From assembly GCA_016840425.1 (NCBI GenBank), contig JAEOSI010000155.1, forward strand, positions 1-5,653: a stretch of DNA of 5,653 nucleotides, read 5' to 3'. A model generated the notes under the pieces. The model made no database searches. It was not told where the DNA came from and saw only the letters and a list, made by a program, of their open reading frames with translations. Shown piece after piece: positions 5,138 to 5,653 of this stretch (position 1 is the first letter of the stretch; every line of letters starts with the position of its first letter). Source of the DNA: Candidatus Wukongarchaeum yapensis. GTDB lineage: Archaea; Asgardarchaeota; Wukongarchaeia; Wukongarchaeales; Wukongarchaeaceae. Made by a program: the position numbers and the translations under genes.

Positions 5138-5653
5138 TTATTCTCCTATATTGATCTTCGTTTTTAGGAGTTTTCCTCCGCACAGCGGGCAAAGTTTTTC
5201 TCCACGAACGGTAACGATTCTACACCTTGGGCAATAGTCTCGCTCGATAAACTTTGATCCTTTAGAGATAAAAGGGGCTACTTGTTCTACTATACTTCCT
5301 TTTACTTCTTTCATTCTTTGGCGTTCTAGCTTCTCCTTATAGCCCAAGGTCATAAGGTGCCATCCTTCTAAAACCGCATCCCCAAGTAATTCATTTTCAA
5401 GGAAGAGGCTTAAAATGTTAGTTAAAACGAAGGGATCTTCACCTCTTTTTTCCGCTTCTTCTGAAAGGTCTATAATACCCTTGCTTTCTAAAAGCTCTTT
5501 TATCTCATCTGCAAGGGGCTTTTTCAACTTTTTAACAATCTCTTTAATATGAGAAAAACCGTGTTTTCGAGCAATCTGGTTCAAAGCCATCTGGGTTCTT
5601 ATAGCGATAACCCTATCCCCCCTAGACTGAAGCTTTATAAGAGGCTCAATAGC
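5138..5653 (-). CDS. Hypothetical protein with a HEAT-like segment and C-terminal CxxC-CxxC zinc ribbon; 5'-truncated by the window end
   Basis: The frame stays open from 5653 (AIEPLIKLQSRGDRVIAIRTQMALNQIA), so ATG 5590 is probably internal. AIEPLI...ALNQI resembles HEAT/PBS repeats. C-terminal CPRC-x10-CPLC. Confidence 0.7.
   Translation of the reverse strand, partial: AIEPLIKLQSRGDRVIAIRTQMALNQIARKHGFSHIKEIVKKLKKPLADEIKELLESKGIIDLSEEAEKRGEDPFVLTNILSLFLENELLGDAVLEGWHLMTLGYKEKLERQRMKEVKGSIVEQVAPFISKGSKFIERDYCPRCRIVTVRGEKLCPLCGGKLLKTKINIGE

Noticed and set aside
5138-5157. Possible in-window target of the arm B guide (TTCTCCTATATTGAT vs TTACTCCTATTTCTTTGAT)
   Set aside because: Only a 7-nt contiguous match (CTCCTAT), with mismatches at the TAM-proximal positions; expected by chance in AT-rich DNA.
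5049-5237. 62-aa plus-strand ORF
   Set aside because: Overlaps two minus-strand genes in antisense; low-complexity composition.

Overview
AT-rich prokaryotic window, probably archaeal (inferred from TATA-like boxes, oligo-T terminators, TTG/GTG starts and a HEAT/Zn-ribbon protein). The first ~2.95 kb is a large inverted duplication. Arm A (1-847, running off the window start) mirrors arm B (1855-2955) at about 97-99% identity in the coding parts. Each arm carries an argC/lysY-family gene, a divergent promoter, a cysteine-free peroxiredoxin (BCP/AhpC-TSA)-like gene and a non-autonomous IS200/IS605 (TnpB-type) element starting at the peroxiredoxin stop codon. Both arms end exactly at an IS right end (TAGTTCAC), and the two right ends face inward around a single DUF92/TMEM19 membrane-protein gene. 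The arm B element (199 bp) has lost all transposase/nuclease coding but keeps the left end, a TATA box and the TnpB omega(re)RNA region, so it looks like a stand-alone guide-RNA cassette. The arm A element is a 45-bp left-end/right-end fusion. Arm B also has a ~98-bp TIR MITE inserted at the peroxiredoxin start codon. The rest of the window holds the full argC, a cupin, an AcsE-like pterin-binding methyltransferase and a truncated HEAT-like/Zn-ribbon gene. Misassembly through repeated IS copies cannot be excluded from sequence alone.
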